Part shown: piece after piece, positions 36,579 to 51,200 of the stretch
Layout: the number at the start of each line of letters is the position of its first letter
Numbering within the stretch: position 1 is the stretch's first letter
NCBI RefSeq assembly: GCF_030684315.1
Contig: NC_081393.1
Span: forward strand, 15,619,479-15,683,478
DNA from: Stegostoma tigrinum
Lineage: Eukaryota
DNA length: 64,000 nt
Direction: 5' to 3'
Notes under the pieces: model-generated
What the model was told of the DNA's origin: nothing
What the model saw: the letters and a program-made list of their open reading frames with translations, nothing else
The model's database searches: none
Program-made: the position numbers and the translations under genes

Positions 36579-39230
36579 GTAGACATGGACAGAGACAGGT
36601 ACACCCAGGTAGACACCACCCGACTCCATCCCAAAGACTGTCCCACCATCAACAAGTCACAGTCAGGAGGGTGATGGATTACTCCCCACTTGCTGTGGAT
36701 GGGGACATCTCCAACAACACTCGAGAAGCTCGACACCATCCAGGGACTAAGCAGCCCCCCACTCCTGCTCGATTGTCCCCACATCCACAAACATCCCACT
36801 CCCCCCCAACCATCGACGCTCAGTCGCAGCAGTGTGTCCTGCCCACACGAGGCCCCCTTAGGCAGCACCTTCCAAACCTATCTTGAGATAGTAGGTACAT
36901 TGTAACAACACCGCTTGCAAGTTCCCCTCCAAACCACTCACTGTTCTGACTTGGAAATACATCGGCCGTTCCTTCAGTGTCGCTGAGTCAAGATCCCAAA
37001 ACACCATTCCTAACGGCACTGGACTGCAGTGATTCAAGAAGATTTACCAAGATGTTTCCTGGTCTGCAGAGCTTTAGTTATGAAGAGAGATGGGATGGAT
37101 TGGGGTTGTTTCCCTTAAAGCAGAGGAGACTGAGGGGACACACAATTGAAATGCATAAAATAATGAGGGACATAGATGGAGGAGACAAGAAGGCACTTTT
37201 CCCCTTGATGAATGACCTGTTTGGGGCAGGGGGTGGCACGTAGATTTAAGGGAAGGGAAGGAGGTTCAGAGGGGGAGGTGAGGAAAAATGTTTTCACCCA
37301 GAGGCTGGTGGGGAATCTGGAACTCACTGTCTGTAAGGGTGGAAGAGTGAAGAACCCTTATCCCATTGAAGAAGGATTGAGAAGTGCACTTGTGATGCCA
37401 GGACTATGGGCCAATTGCTGGGATATGGGATTAAAACCATTTGGTGTTTGCTTTTGACTGTCACATGGACCAAAGGACCTTATTCTGCGCTTTAAACCTC
37501 TACAGCTCTATGACTCTGAGAAGACACCTCACTACCACCTCCTCAATGGGTGGGATATAAATGCAGGTCCAGCCAGCAAAGCCAATGTCCCATGCATGAA
37601 CAAAAATAAGACTGTGGCCACTCTGGCAGGGTTGTTGAGACATCCATGTCCTGCCGGCTGACTAAGTGCCACCCTGCATGTCACTGCCAACCTTCCATCT
37701 ACCCAACTTTCACATAACCCCGCTGTCACTCTCCATCATTGTACCTCACTGGCCAGGACAGCTCTTTAATCTTGATTGCACTGGCTTTCTCTCAGCCTCA
37801 AGTCGGTGGGTGAACTGCCCTCTTGGGTCTCTGAGGACGTGAGTGCAGAGGCCTCGGGTGAAGCATCAGTAAAGCTGCCTCTCTCTGCAGCTCAGCTACT
37901 GACAACTCAGTGGGAACCAGAGAGAGCGCGTGGGAAAGTGGGAGGGCGCATCTCACTGTGGCAGCCCAGGCTGCTGGCATCTGCAGGGCATCAGAGAGCA
38001 GGCATCAGTTCCCTGGCAGGAGAGGACCCTGTGGTGTTGGCAGTCAGGGACGTGGATCCATAACTGCAGGGAGGATTAAAGGGAGCAGTGACCCTGAAAT
38101 TGCAATCATGCAGTGAATCCATCTGAACCTTCCACCTGCCTCCATGGACAGGTTGGCACTGCCACGGTGTGCCAGCTCTGCCACCCTCAGGGTCTGCTGC
38201 ACACTTCCACCACCCCAGCCATTGGTCCTGGACCAAGGTCATCATGACAAGGAAGCAGACCGAAGTCCGGGTGTCCCCTCTTCATGAGGAGGCAGGGCAG
38301 TGCCAGGCTGCTACCCAGTCAGAGGAGGAAGCACATAGGCCCCATGCACTTTCCACTCAGGACACTACAAAGGTGGCTGTGCCCTCTGCCACCCCCTCAC
38401 CCTTGGAAGGTCTGGTCTGTCTGCACCCTCCACCATCTGGTGTCTCCCCACCACACCTCCAGTGCCAATGGGCTCCAGCTCAGAGCAGGTGCCCTCCAGG
38501 CCCAGCTGCAGAACCAGGGAGTGCACTGACACCTCGTGGCATGTAGACAGAGAGAGAGAGAGAGGAAAATGTATTGAGGGCACTTCGTAAATATCATCAT
38601 TTCAGTCAACGTTGACAGTGTTCACTTCCTGGTTTGGCCCATTTTTATGCAGTGAGCATGCTCACTGCGGCTGTTGGCCATCGGCGGGGATGGAGTTCCA
38701 CCATCTCAGGGCGACTGTGAGGTTGTGACTCGGCTGACAATATGATCTGATTGGATAAGAGAATTGGAACACTAACTCCCACACCCCACCTCAATGTACA
38801 CAGCAGCCATTCGTACTGTTGCTCTGCAGCACCTTCTGCAACTCCCACCCTCCCAGCATCAAATTGGTCACCGTGAAAGACACAGAAACACAACAATGTC
38901 ACCAACAGTTGAGATAACAGTGAAACTGATTCAGAAAGACACACAGAGGGACAAACAGATACACACACACACACACACACTCTCTCTCATTCACAGCACA
39001 GGCACAGAGAGACACAAACTGGTAGACACGTGTTGCATGGACAGACAGAAATAAATACAGACAGAGGTACAAATAGATGCAGACACATTGATACATATAC
39101 AGACAGATTCAGAGAGAGAGGCAAACAGAGACAGAGAAACAGACACAGAGGGACATACATTGGCAGATAGAGAAACGGTAACCGAGACACACAGACCGAG
39201 AAACAGAGTCACAGACAGACAGAAACTTAC

Positions 39231-39302
39231 AGATGGTTGAGAGACTTGAGGCCTCGGAATGTGTATTTGGAGAGTGATTGGATGTTGTTGTTCTCTATGA
39301 AT
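39231..39302 (-). CDS. LGI3: LGI3 coding exon 4 (LRR)
   Basis: FIENNNIQSLSKYTFRGLKSLNH(L); 72 nt. Confidence 0.95.
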
Positions 39303-39410
39303 CTGTGAAAAGACAGAGAAGGTGGTGGGTGGGGGGGCGGTGAAGAGTTCAGCACAAATCCTTTTCCTTAAATCTGTATACAGCAATGTAGAAACATGGC
39401 AGGGACTTAC

Positions 39411-39482
39411 AGGTACTGGAGATGAGATAAACCATTGAATGCATCATCTCCAATCATGCTGAAGGTGTTTGAATTCAACAAG
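39411..39482 (-). CDS. LGI3: LGI3 coding exon 3 (LRR)
   Basis: [23 protein letters not shown](L); 72 nt. Confidence 0.95.
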
Positions 39483-40220
39483 CTGAAGGGAGAAAGAAAA
39501 GAATAGAATCAGCTGGCTCTTGTGATTATGGTCCTTCTCCAAACTCCTGCTGGGGGTGATTTATTATCTGAGGCACACCACGTCCCACTTCAAGTTACAG
39601 CTATCACATTTCCCTGCCTCAGATAAGAGAGGCTTGAAATGGACGTTTTGAGTCTTATTTAAGATTACAGTCAACATTCAATGTTTTGCAAGTGATGTGA
39701 GGAGAAACCTTTCTGATGCAGCAAGTGGTTGTGGTCGGAAGGCATTGCCTGAGAGTATGGTGGAGGCAGGTTCGGTGGAAGCTTTCAAAAGGGAAACTGT
39801 AAAGGAAGGGTGTGTTGGGTTATGGGGTAAATGGCACCTCATTTTGGAGAGCCAGTGCAGACCCGATGGGCTGAATTGCCTCCCCCGGCGCTGTAACAAT
39901 GCTGCAATATGTTGCGACCTTCTTCATCTCATTAAAGTTCATGGGTGGAATGAACTTCAAGAGGAAGTGGTGGACGAGGTTATAGTTAAAACATGTTTAG
40001 GTAAGTACATGAATAGGAAAGGTTTGGAGGGATATGGGCTAAGCAAGTGGGACTAGGTTAGTTTGGGAACATGGTCGGCATGGATTGGTTGGACCAAAGG
40101 GTCTGTTTCCATGCTGTATGACTCCATATATACAGTTTTAACATCGCAAGGCATGCTCCTATACTGTTCCTGTCTGCCAGCTGGAGAGTTGAGACAAAAT
40201 CAATTTCATGTGAATGGAAG

Positions 40221-40443
40221 AGATAGTAGGAACTGCAGATGCTGGAAAATCTGAGATAACAATGTGTAGAGCTGGATGAACACAGCAGACCAAGTAACAT
40301 CAGAGGGGCAGGAAAGCTGCTGTTTTGGGCCCGGACCCTTTTTAATGTCTGAAGAAAGACCCAGGCCCAAAATGTCAGCTTTCCTGCTCCCCTAATGCTG
40401 CTTAGCCTGCTGTGTTCATCCAGCTCTACACCTTGTTATCTTG
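40221..40443. mobile_element. Short fold-back Penelope-derived insert with 12-bp TSD
   Basis: TGTGAATGGAAG at 40209-40220 and 40444-40455; ~85-nt inverted arms. Confidence 0.8.
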
Positions 40444-40719
40444 TGTGAATGGAAGCACAGTTTACCCATAATCCTTAGCAGGTACAAAAGTGCTCTATAA
40501 CTGAGAGTGGTTGACACTCCTCTGCAGGGGCATGTGGGGACAGACTGGGTGGTGCCTTTATGAAACTAGACAGGAGCTGCAAAGACCAATGGCAATGAGC
40601 ATGGAAAGTTCCCATTGCCAGTACTGGGTTGGTGGCTTGTTCACTCCGACGTTTCAATCGAAGCTAGTGAGGATTTGCAATACGCACTGCACAGATTTGA
40701 ACAAATTAGCATATTAATA

Positions 40720-43440
40720 AGGTAGGCCATTCAGTCCCTTGAGCCTTCCACACCATTCAATAAGATAATGGTAACAATCTAATTGTCACCTCAAATCTAT
40801 ATTCTTGCCTATCCCCAATAACCTTTTACCACCCTTCATAATGAGGATTCATCCACCTCTGCCTTAAAAATACTGAAGGGTTGAACCTCCACCACCTTTT
40901 CAAAAAAAGTGTTCCAAACGCACTGAACTTCCAGAGAAAGAAGTCTAATGAACAGTGATGCCTCATTCTCAATTCTCCCACAACAGGAGACATTCTCTCC
41001 ATTTCGACCTAGTTATGTCCCCTCAGGATCTTCCATGTTTCAATGAAATCACCTTGTATTTCAAACTCCAACAGATACAGGCTTAGCCCTGACACATAAG
41101 ATGACCCACTCTTTCCAGGTCTTAGTCTCTGAACTGCTTCCAACACAGTGACATTTTTCCATATATAAGGAGACCGTTACTGTACACAGAATGCCAGATG
41201 TAGTCTCTGCAATGAACTGAACAACTGAAGCGTAACCTCTATACTTTTATATTCAACTCTTCTCGCAGTAAATGAGAACTTTTTTTTCAGCTTTTCTGAC
41301 CACTTGCTGTACCCCGAAAGTTTGGTAAGGCTATGTTGACTTGTATCTTTTTTATGAACCTTCTGTAATTCATGTACCAGGACACCCAGATGGTTCTGCA
41401 TTTCAGAACTCTGCAGGCTCTCACCATTTAGATTGTACGCTTTTTCTTCACTCTCTCTGCCTAAGTAGACAATTTCACATTTTCAACATTATTCTCCACT
41501 TGTCACGTTGTTGGTAACTCATTTAGCTCATCTATAATTTTCAGAGCCTCCACGTCATCCTCTTCACAACTTAATCTAGTTTTGTCCTGTCAGCAAAGTT
41601 TACAACCGTTCATTCTGACCCTTCATCAAACTCGTTGATAACAATTGTAAGTGACAGTGATCCCGGCTCTGGTCTCTGTGGCACACTACTCATTGTAACT
41701 TGCCAACCTGAAAATAACCCATTAATACCTGCTTGCTGCTTCCCATTAGCAAGCCAATCTTCTATCCAAGCCAATCCTCTGTCTATGCCAATCTTCTATC
41801 CAATATGCCACCAATGACTGACAACATAAGCTATTATTTTTCACAATAACTTTCAATGTGGCACCTCATCAAATAACTGTGGTGATTGTGATTTTCCTTC
41901 ATTCCTCCCTCCCTTTGTTGACTCTATTTCCTGATTTAATGCTGCTCCTGGGATGTATCGCTTACGGTGAAGACTGAAGTAAAATAGCCAATCAATCAAT
42001 CTGCCTTTTCTTTCTTTCCATTCTGAAATCTTCAACCTCACTTTCTATTGGACCAACACTAACCTTGCGAAAATTTTAAAAGAAACTATTTGAAAACACG
42101 CTTGATTTTTTTTTGTGTTTCTGGCCATCTGTCTCCTGTACTCTAATGTTTCTATGGTTGTTAATTTTTTTGACAATGCCTTGCTTTTTTAAACTATTTT
42201 GTCCAATCTTTTGACCTGCCACCTATCTTTGCACCATGATCTACTTTTTAAGAGTCAGAGAGTCATGAAGGTTCACAGCATGGAAACTCGCCCTTCAGCC
42301 CAACTTGTCCATGCTGCCCAATTTTCATAATTAATCTGGTGCCATTTGCCTGCGTTTGACCCATATCCCTCCATCTCTACCCCATCTATGTACCTGTCGA
42401 AATGTCTCTTAAATTCGAAAACTGTAGTCATCTCCACCACTATCTCTGGCAGCCTGTTCCAGACACTCACTACCCTCTGTGTGAAAAAACTGCCCCATTT
42501 GTTTAACTCTCCCCTCTCATCTTAAACCTATGCCCTTTAGTTTTAGTCTCCCCGACCCTGGGAAAAAGCTGTTGGCTGTCTACCTTATCTATTTTATTGA
42601 CTTCGATAAGGTCACCCCTCAATCACCTATGGTCCAGGCAAAAACATCCCAGCCTACCCAGTCTCTCATTATAACTCAAACCTTCCAGTCCCGGTAGCAT
42701 CTGAGTAAATCTTTTCTTTAAACAACATAATCTTTAACATTTCTGGTAGCCTGCAGATGGTACACCCATCCTTTTTCTCATTAGTTGGAAAGCATTAATT
42801 CTGTAATTATGAAATATTCCCCCTAAGTGTCAGCAACTGCATCTCTACCGACTTATCCTTTAATCTAATTTGCAAATTCACTTTAACCAGCTCTGTTCTC
42901 ATGCCCTCCTCATGTTCTCCTCATGCAATTTATTTTAAAAATCGTCTTGGACCCACTCCTTTCTCCCTCAGGCTGAATGTAAAATTCAATCATACTATGA
43001 TCGTGACTATCTAATTGTACTGATTAATCCTTTCTCATTAGTCAATACCAGATCTCGAACAGCCTGCCCTCTGATCAGCTCCTTGCTAGAAGAAACCGCC
43101 CTGAGAATATTTCATGGGCTCTTTATCTAGGATATCTTGCCCATCCGACTTTTCCAGTTTAAATGTATATGAAATCTCCGACGATTTTTGCTACCCATCT
43201 TTGACAAGTTCCCAATACTTCTTCCTTTATGTCCCACCTAATCATGTGACAACTCTTCGGAGGCCCGGACATCATTTCCACCAGTGACTCTTTCATTTTA
43301 TATTTTCTCAATTCTATCCAAACTGTTTCCACACTGTGGTTTCCTGAACACAGGTCACCCCTCTCGATTATGCTATTGCCAGCATTAACTAACAGAGCCA
43401 CCCCTCCAACTTTTCTCAGATTCCTGTCATTTTTAAAGAA
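40720..43440 (-). mobile_element. Old degenerate CR1 LINE with a younger nested CR1 3' end (~42250-42720)
   Basis: APE-region remnant GGVALLV..VETVWIELR (43159..43527), RT-end remnant LGVLVH..HLAFCVQ (41177..41401), nested VWNRLPEIVV..FKRHFDRY. Confidence 0.75.
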
Positions 43441-43769
43441 ACAACCCTCCAGCCTTTTTTTTAAGGTTGGAATTAGGCCTCGCCATCTCTCTAAATAGGG
43501 ACAGGTGATGAGAAGTAACCAAATCAAGCTAGAAATAGGATTAAGAGTAAACCCACATGAGCAAATTTGCCAACTTCCAGGTTTTAAATCACTGCATCAT
43601 ACTTTGCCAATCATTATTGCTCAAGATAAAAAAAAACACAATCAAAGGTGATGGACGAATAAATCTGAATTGATTGCTAATCTCCTTTGTTTGAACGCTG
43701 AGGCATGTAGGCTGGGGAAGAATGTTTCACACTGTTTCAATGAGTACGTATATTCAAAACCAGACAGCA

Positions 43770-44112
43770 TGATCATAGAATCTGTACGTGTGGAAGCTGG
43801 CCATTCAACCCATCAAGTCCATACTATCCCTCCAAAGAGCACCCCACCCGATAGCCCTGCATTTCTAATGGCTAACGCACCTAGCCTGGACATGATGGGC
43901 AATTTAGAATGGTCAATCTATTTAGCATTCACGCCTTTGGACTGTGTGAGGAAACTGGAGGAAAGCCACACAGACATGGGGGTAGGGTGGGGGAAGCGGG
44001 GGCTGTGTGTGTGGAAAATGTGCAAAACTCCACAGAGACAGTTGCCTATGGGTGGAATTGAACCTGAATACCTGGCACTGAGAGGCAGCAGCACTAACCA
44101 CTGAGCCACCAT
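43770..44112 (-). mobile_element. tRNA-derived SINE (HE1-like)
   Basis: TGGTGGCTCAGTGGTTAGTGCTGCTGCCTC...GGTTCAATTCC head; same family as the 10170-10437 copy. Confidence 0.8.
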
Positions 44113-44246
44113 GATTGTTCCAGCAGCCTGGGGTATGGACAGACACATGTATGAAAGAAACGTCAGATGCCGTTTCTGAAACACAAAGGCAAATGTTCAG
44201 AAGGATGTCAAGAACAAAAACATAACGTTTCCCATTCTGTACTCAC

Positions 44247-44318
44247 AGGAACTGGAGTGCTGGGAGGTGAGCGAAGGCATATTCAGAAATACGCCTGAAT
44301 TTTGCATTCACAAAAGTT
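44247..44318 (-). CDS. LGI3: LGI3 coding exon 2 (LRR)
   Basis: TFVNAKFRRISEYAFAHLPALQF(L); 72 nt. Confidence 0.95.
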
Positions 44319-45282
44319 CTGTAAGACAAAGATGACACGTTGAATTGTTAATACCTGAGTCTAAACGCTTTTTTCCATACACAATCTAATTCTGCAAATG
44401 GAAGCATCAGCAGAATACAGGCTTTAATTTCTGAATTATATCAGTCTTTGCTCAGTCACATGTTCAGAAGGTGGTGAGTTCAAGCCTCATTCTTAGGATT
44501 CAGTACATCAACCAGTTAATTCTCAAGTGTAGTACGCAGGAGCGACACACTGCCAGATTTTGTGGTGAGAATATACTGGGCCATTCATTACCTGTCCAGC
44601 AATATCAGTGAAAAAACCTATGTGCTTCAGCTGACAGAGCGCAGTGTTAGATACAGAGTAAAGCTTCCTCTACACTGGCCCCAATCAAAAACTCCCAAAG
44701 ACAAGGACAGCACAGCGTTCGACAGAAAGTAAAACTCCCTATACTGTACTGAACTGAGAGTGCACCTTGATCGACATTGCCCCCATCAAACATTCCAGGA
44801 CATATACAGCAGAGTTAGATACGGACTAAAGCGTCCTCTACAATTTTAAAATGAGAATAAAGTCTACTCGACACTTTTCCATTCAAACTCTCTTGGGTCA
44901 GATAGAACACAGGATTAGATACACAGTTAGGCACCGAGTACTTGTTTAAACTGGAGTGAAGCGAGCCGAAGGTTATCTTCATCAAACTCACATGGGAAAG
45001 ATACAAAACAGGGTGAGGCATGGAATAAAGCTCCCTGAAAGCAAAGGTCCAACTGTACTGCACATATTAAATCCACAGACACACAATTACCTTCACCTGC
45101 AATGCTGTGAACTGCTGCTGTTCTTTTATCCAAAAGAAACAAACTCTGAAGTGGCCCTCCAGGTACAATGTGAAGGCAATCAAACTGCTTGAATTCAATC
45201 AAAACAAGATGCAGCTGAAGTAACACAGAGCGCAAATTTGCAAGATGTGTAATATTAAACGAAATACCCACTAACAAGGAGC

Positions 45283-48200
45283 ACTATTATTTAATATGTA
45301 TAGGAGTGTCACACACAGTAACACGGGACGTTATTATTTAATATGTAAGGGAGTGTCACACACAGTAACAAGGGACGTTATTATTTAATATGTAAGGGAG
45401 TGTCACACCCAGTAACACGGGGCGTTATTATTTAATATGTACGGGAGTGTCACACCCAGTAACAAGGGGTGTTATTATTTAATATGTACGGGATTGTCAC
45501 ACCCAGTAACACGGGGCGTTATTGTTTAATATGTACGGGAGTGTCACACCCAGTAACACGGGGCGTTATTATTTAATATGTACAGGAGAGCCATACCCAG
45601 TAATACGGGCCATTATTATTTAATATGTGCAGGACCGTCACACCCAATAACACGGGACATTATTATTTAATATGTATGGGAGTGTCACACCCAGTAACAC
45701 AGGGCGTTATTATTTAATATGTACGGGAGTGTCACACCCAGTAACACTGGGCGTTATTATTTAATATGTACGGGCAGGTCACAACCAGTAACACGAGGCG
45801 TTATTATTTAATATGTACAGGAGAGTCACACCCAGTAACACTGGGTGTTATTATTTCATATGTACGGGAGTGTCACACCCAGTAACACAAGGCGTTATTA
45901 TTTAATATGAACGGGAGTGTCACACCCAGTAACATGGGGCATTATTTTTTAATATGTAAGGGAGTGTCACACCCAGTAATACGGGGCGATATTTTTTAAT
46001 ATGTAAGGGAGTGTCACACCCAGTAACACGGGGCGTTCTTGTTTAGTATGAACGGGAGTGTCACACCCAGTAACACGGGGCGTTATTATTTAATATGTAC
46101 AGGAGAGTCACACCCAGTAATAGGGGACATTATTATTTAATATGTGCAGGACCGTCACACCCACTAACATGGGACGTTATTATTTAATATGTATGGGAGT
46201 GTCACACCCACTAACACGGGACGTTATTATTTAATATGTATGGGAGTGTCACACCCAGTAACACAGGGCATTATTATTTAATATGAATGGGAGTGTCACA
46301 CCCAGTAACACAGGGCGTTATTATTTAATATGTACGGGAGAGTCACACCCAGTAACACTGGGCGTTATTATTTAATATGTACGGAGTGTCACACCCAGTA
46401 ACACAAGGCATTATTATTTAATATGAACGGGAGTGTCACATCCAGTAACATTGGGCGTTATTATTTATTATGTACGGGACTGTCACACCCACGAACACGG
46501 TGCGTTATTATTTAATATGAATGGGAGTGTCACACCCAGTAATACAGGACATTATTATTTAACATGTACAAGGAGTGTCAAACCCAGTAACCGAGGGGGG
46601 GGGTTATTTAATATGCACGGGAGTGTCACACCCAGTGACAGGGGGGATTAATATTTAATATGAACGGCAGTGTCACACCCAGTAACACGGGGCATTATTA
46701 TTTAATATGAACGGGAGGGTCACACCCAGTAATGCATGGCGTTAATATTTATTATGAACGGGAATGTCACACGCAGTAACACTAGGCGTTATTAATTATT
46801 ATGTACAGGAGTGTCACACCCAGTAACATGGTGCGTTATTATTAAATATGTACGGGAGTGTCGCCGCCAGTAACACAGGGCGTTATTATTTCATATGTCC
46901 AGGAGTGTCACACCCAGTAACGCCGGGAGTTATTATTTAATATGTATGGGAGTGTCACACCCAGTAACACGGGGCATTATTATTTAATATGTACGGGAGT
47001 GTCGCCGCCAGTAACACGGGGCGTTATTATTTAATATGTACAGGAGTGCCATACCCAGTAACACGGGGCGTTTTTATTTAATATGTACAGGAGTGTCACA
47101 CCCAGCAACACGGGGCGTTTTTATTTAATACATACAGGAGTGTCACACTCAGTAACACGGGGCGTTATTATTTTATATGTACAGGAGTTTCAAACCCAGG
47201 AACACAGGGCGTTATTATTTAATATGTACGCGGGTGTCACACCCAGTAACACGGGCGTTATTAATTAATACGTACGGGTGTGTCACAGACAGTAATACCG
47301 GACATTTTTATTTAATATGTACGGGAGTGTCACACCCAGAAATACAGGACATTATTATTTAATATGTACAGGAGTGTCACACACAGTAACACGGGGTGTT
47401 ATTATTTAATATGTACGGGTGTGTCACAGCCAGTAACACTGGGCGTTATTATTTAATATGTACGGGAGTGTCACACCAAGTAACATGGAACGCTATTATT
47501 TAATATGCACAGGAGTGTCACATCCAGTAACACGGGACTTTGTTATTTAATATGTATGGGGGTGCACAGCCAGTAACACGGGACGTTATTATTTAAAATG
47601 TACATTAGTGTCACAGCCAGTAACACGGGACGTTATTATTTAATATGTACAGGAGTGTCACACCTAGCAGCACACGGAGTCATTATTTAATATGTACGGG
47701 AGAGTCACACCCAGTAACATGGGGCATTATTATTTAATATGTACAGGAGTGTTACACCCAATAATACGGGGCATTATTATTTAATATGTACGGGTGTGTC
47801 ACACCCAGTAACACAGGGCGTTATTATTTAATATGAACGGGAGTGTCACACCCAGTAACACAGGGCGTTACAATTTAATATGTACGGGAGTGTCACACCT
47901 AGTAACACTGGGCGTTATTATTTCATATGAACGGGAGTGTCACACCCAGTAACACAGGGCGTTATTATTTAATACGTACGGGATTGTCACACCCAGTAAC
48001 ACAGGGCATTAATATTTAATATGAACGCGAGTGTCACACCCAGTAACACTGGGCGTTATTATTTAATATGTACAGGAGTGCCATACCCAGTAACACGGGG
48101 CGTTTTTATTTAATATGTACAGGAGTGTCACACCCAGCAACACGGGGCGTTTTTATTTAATACATACAGGAGTGTCACACTCAGTAACACGGGGCGTTAT

Positions 48201-51200
48201 TATTTAATATGTACAGGAGTTTCAAACCCAGGAACACAGGGCGTTATTATTTATTTGTACAGGAGTGTCAAACCCAGTAACACGGGGCGTTATTATTTAA
48301 TATGTACAGGAGTGTCACACCCAGCAACATGGGGCGTTAGTATTTAATATGTACAGGAGTGTCACACCCAGCAGCACGGGGCGATAGTATTTAATATGTA
48401 CAGGAGTGTCACACCCAGTAACGCGGGGTGTTATTATTTAATATGTACCGGAGTGTCACAGCCAGTAACATGGGGCGTTATTATTTAATATGTACGGGAG
48501 TGTCACACCCAGTAACGCGGGGCGTTATTATTTAATATGTACCGGAGTGTCACAGCCAGTAACACGGGGCGTTATTATTTAATATGTACGGGAGTGTCAC
48601 ATCCAGTAACACGGGGCGTTATTGTTTAATATGTACAGGAGTGTCACACCCAGTAATACGGGACATTATTATTTAATATGTACACGAGTGTGACACCCAG
48701 TAACACGGGGCGTTATTGTTTAATATATACAGGAGTGTCACACCCAGTAATACGGGACATTATTATTTAATATGTACACGAGTGTGACACCCAGTAACAC
48801 GGGACGTTATTATTTAATATGCACAGGAGTGTCACAGCCAGTAACACGGGGTGTTATTATTTAATATGTACGGGCATGTCACACCCCGTAACACGGGGCG
48901 TTATTATTTCATATGTACAGGAGTGTCACACCCAGTAACGTGGGGCGTTATTATTTAATATGAATGGGGGTGTCACACCCAGTAACACGGGGTGTTATTA
49001 TTTAATATGTACGGGCATGTCACACCCCGTAACACGGGGCGTTATTATTTCATATGTACAGGAGTGTCACACCCAGCAACACGGGGCGTTTTTATTTAAT
49101 ACATACAGGAGTGTCACACTCAGTAACACGGGGCGTTATTATTTAATATGTACAGGAGTTTCAAACCCAGGAACACAGGGCGTTATTATTTATTTGCACA
49201 GGAGTGTCAAACCCAGTAACACGGGGCGTTATTATTTAATATGTACAGGAGTGTCACACCCAGCAACATGGGGCGTTAGTATTTAATATGTACAGGAGTG
49301 TCACACCCAGCAGCACGGGGCGATAGTATTTAATATGTACAGGAGTGTCACACCCAGTAACGCGGGGTGTTATTATTTAATATGTACCGGAGTGTCACAG
49401 CCAGTAACATGGGGCGTTATTATTTAATATGTACGGGAGTGTCACACCCAGTAACGCGGGGCGTTATTATTTAATATGTACCGGAGTGTCACAGCCAGTA
49501 ACACGGGGCGTTATTATTTAATATGTACGGGAGTGTCACATCCAGTAACACGGGGCGTTATTGTTTAATATGTACAGGAGTGTCACACCCAGTAATACGG
49601 GACATTATTATTTAATATGTACACGAGTGTGACACCCAGTAACACGGGGCGTTATTGTTTAATATGTACAGGAGTGTCACACCCAGTAATACGGGACATT
49701 ATTATTTAATATGTACACGAGTGTGACACCCAGTAACACGGGACGTTATTACTTAATATGCACAGGAGTGTCACAGCCAGTAACACGGGGTGTTATTATT
49801 TAATATGTACGGGCATGTCACACCCCGTAACACGGGGCGTTATTATTTCATATGTACAGGAGTGTCACACCCAGTAACGTGGGGCGTTATTATTTAATAT
49901 GAATGGGGGTGTCACACCCAGTAACACGGGGTGTTATTATTTCATATGTACAGGAGTGTCACACCCAGTAACGTGGGGCGTTATTATTTAATATGTACGG
50001 GAGTGTCACACCCAGTAATACGGGGCGTTATTATTTAATATGTACGGGCATGTCACACCTCGTAACATGGGGCGTTATTATTTCACATGTACAGGAGTGT
50101 CACACCCAGTAACGTGGGGCATTATTATTTAATATGAATGGGGGTAACACACCCAGTAACGCGGGGTGTTATTATTTCATATGTACAGGAGTGTCACTCC
50201 CAGTAACACGGGGCGTTATTATTTAATATGAACGGGAATGTCACACCCACTAACACAGGGCGTTATTATTTAATATATACGCGAGTGTCACAGCCAGTAA
50301 CACGGGGCGTTATTATTTAATATGTATGGGGATGGCACACCCAGTAATACGGGAAGTTATTATTTAATGTGTACAGGAGCGTCACTCCCAGTAACACGGG
50401 GCGTTATTATTTAATATGTTCAGGAGTGTCACAGCCAGTAACACGGGGCGTTATTATTTAATATGTATGGGGATGGCACACCCAGTAACACGGGGCGTTA
50501 TTATTTAATATGTACGGGGATGGCAAACCCAGTAATACGGGAAGTTATTATTTAATGTGTATAGGAGCATCACTCCCAGTAACACGGGGCGTTATTATTT
50601 AATATGTACAGGAGTGTCACAGCCAGTAACACAGGGCGTTATTATTTAATATGTACGGGAGTGTCACACCCAGTAACATGGGACGTTATTATTTAATATG
50701 TACGGGAGTGACACACCTAGTAACAAGGCACGTTATTATTTAATATGAACGGCAGTGTCACATCCAGGAATTCGGGACATTATTATTTAATATGTATAGG
50801 AGTTTCAAACCCAGTAAGACAGGGCGTAATTATTTACTTTGCACAGGAGTGTCACTCCCAGTAACAAGGGACGTTATTATTTAATATGCACTGGAATGTC
50901 ACACCCAGAAACACAGGGCGTTATTATTTGATATGAACGGGAGTGTCACACCTAGTAACACGGGCGTTATTATTTAATATGTACGGGAGTGGCACACCCA
51001 GTATCACGGGGCGGTATTATTTAATATGTACGGGAGTGTCACATCCAGTAACACGGGGCGTTATTATTTAATATGTACAGGAGTGTCACACCCAGTAACA
51101 CGGGACATTGTTATTTAATAGGTACCGGAGTGTCACATCCAGTAACACGGGATTTTATTACTTAATATGTACGGGAGTGTCACACCCAGGAACACCGGAC

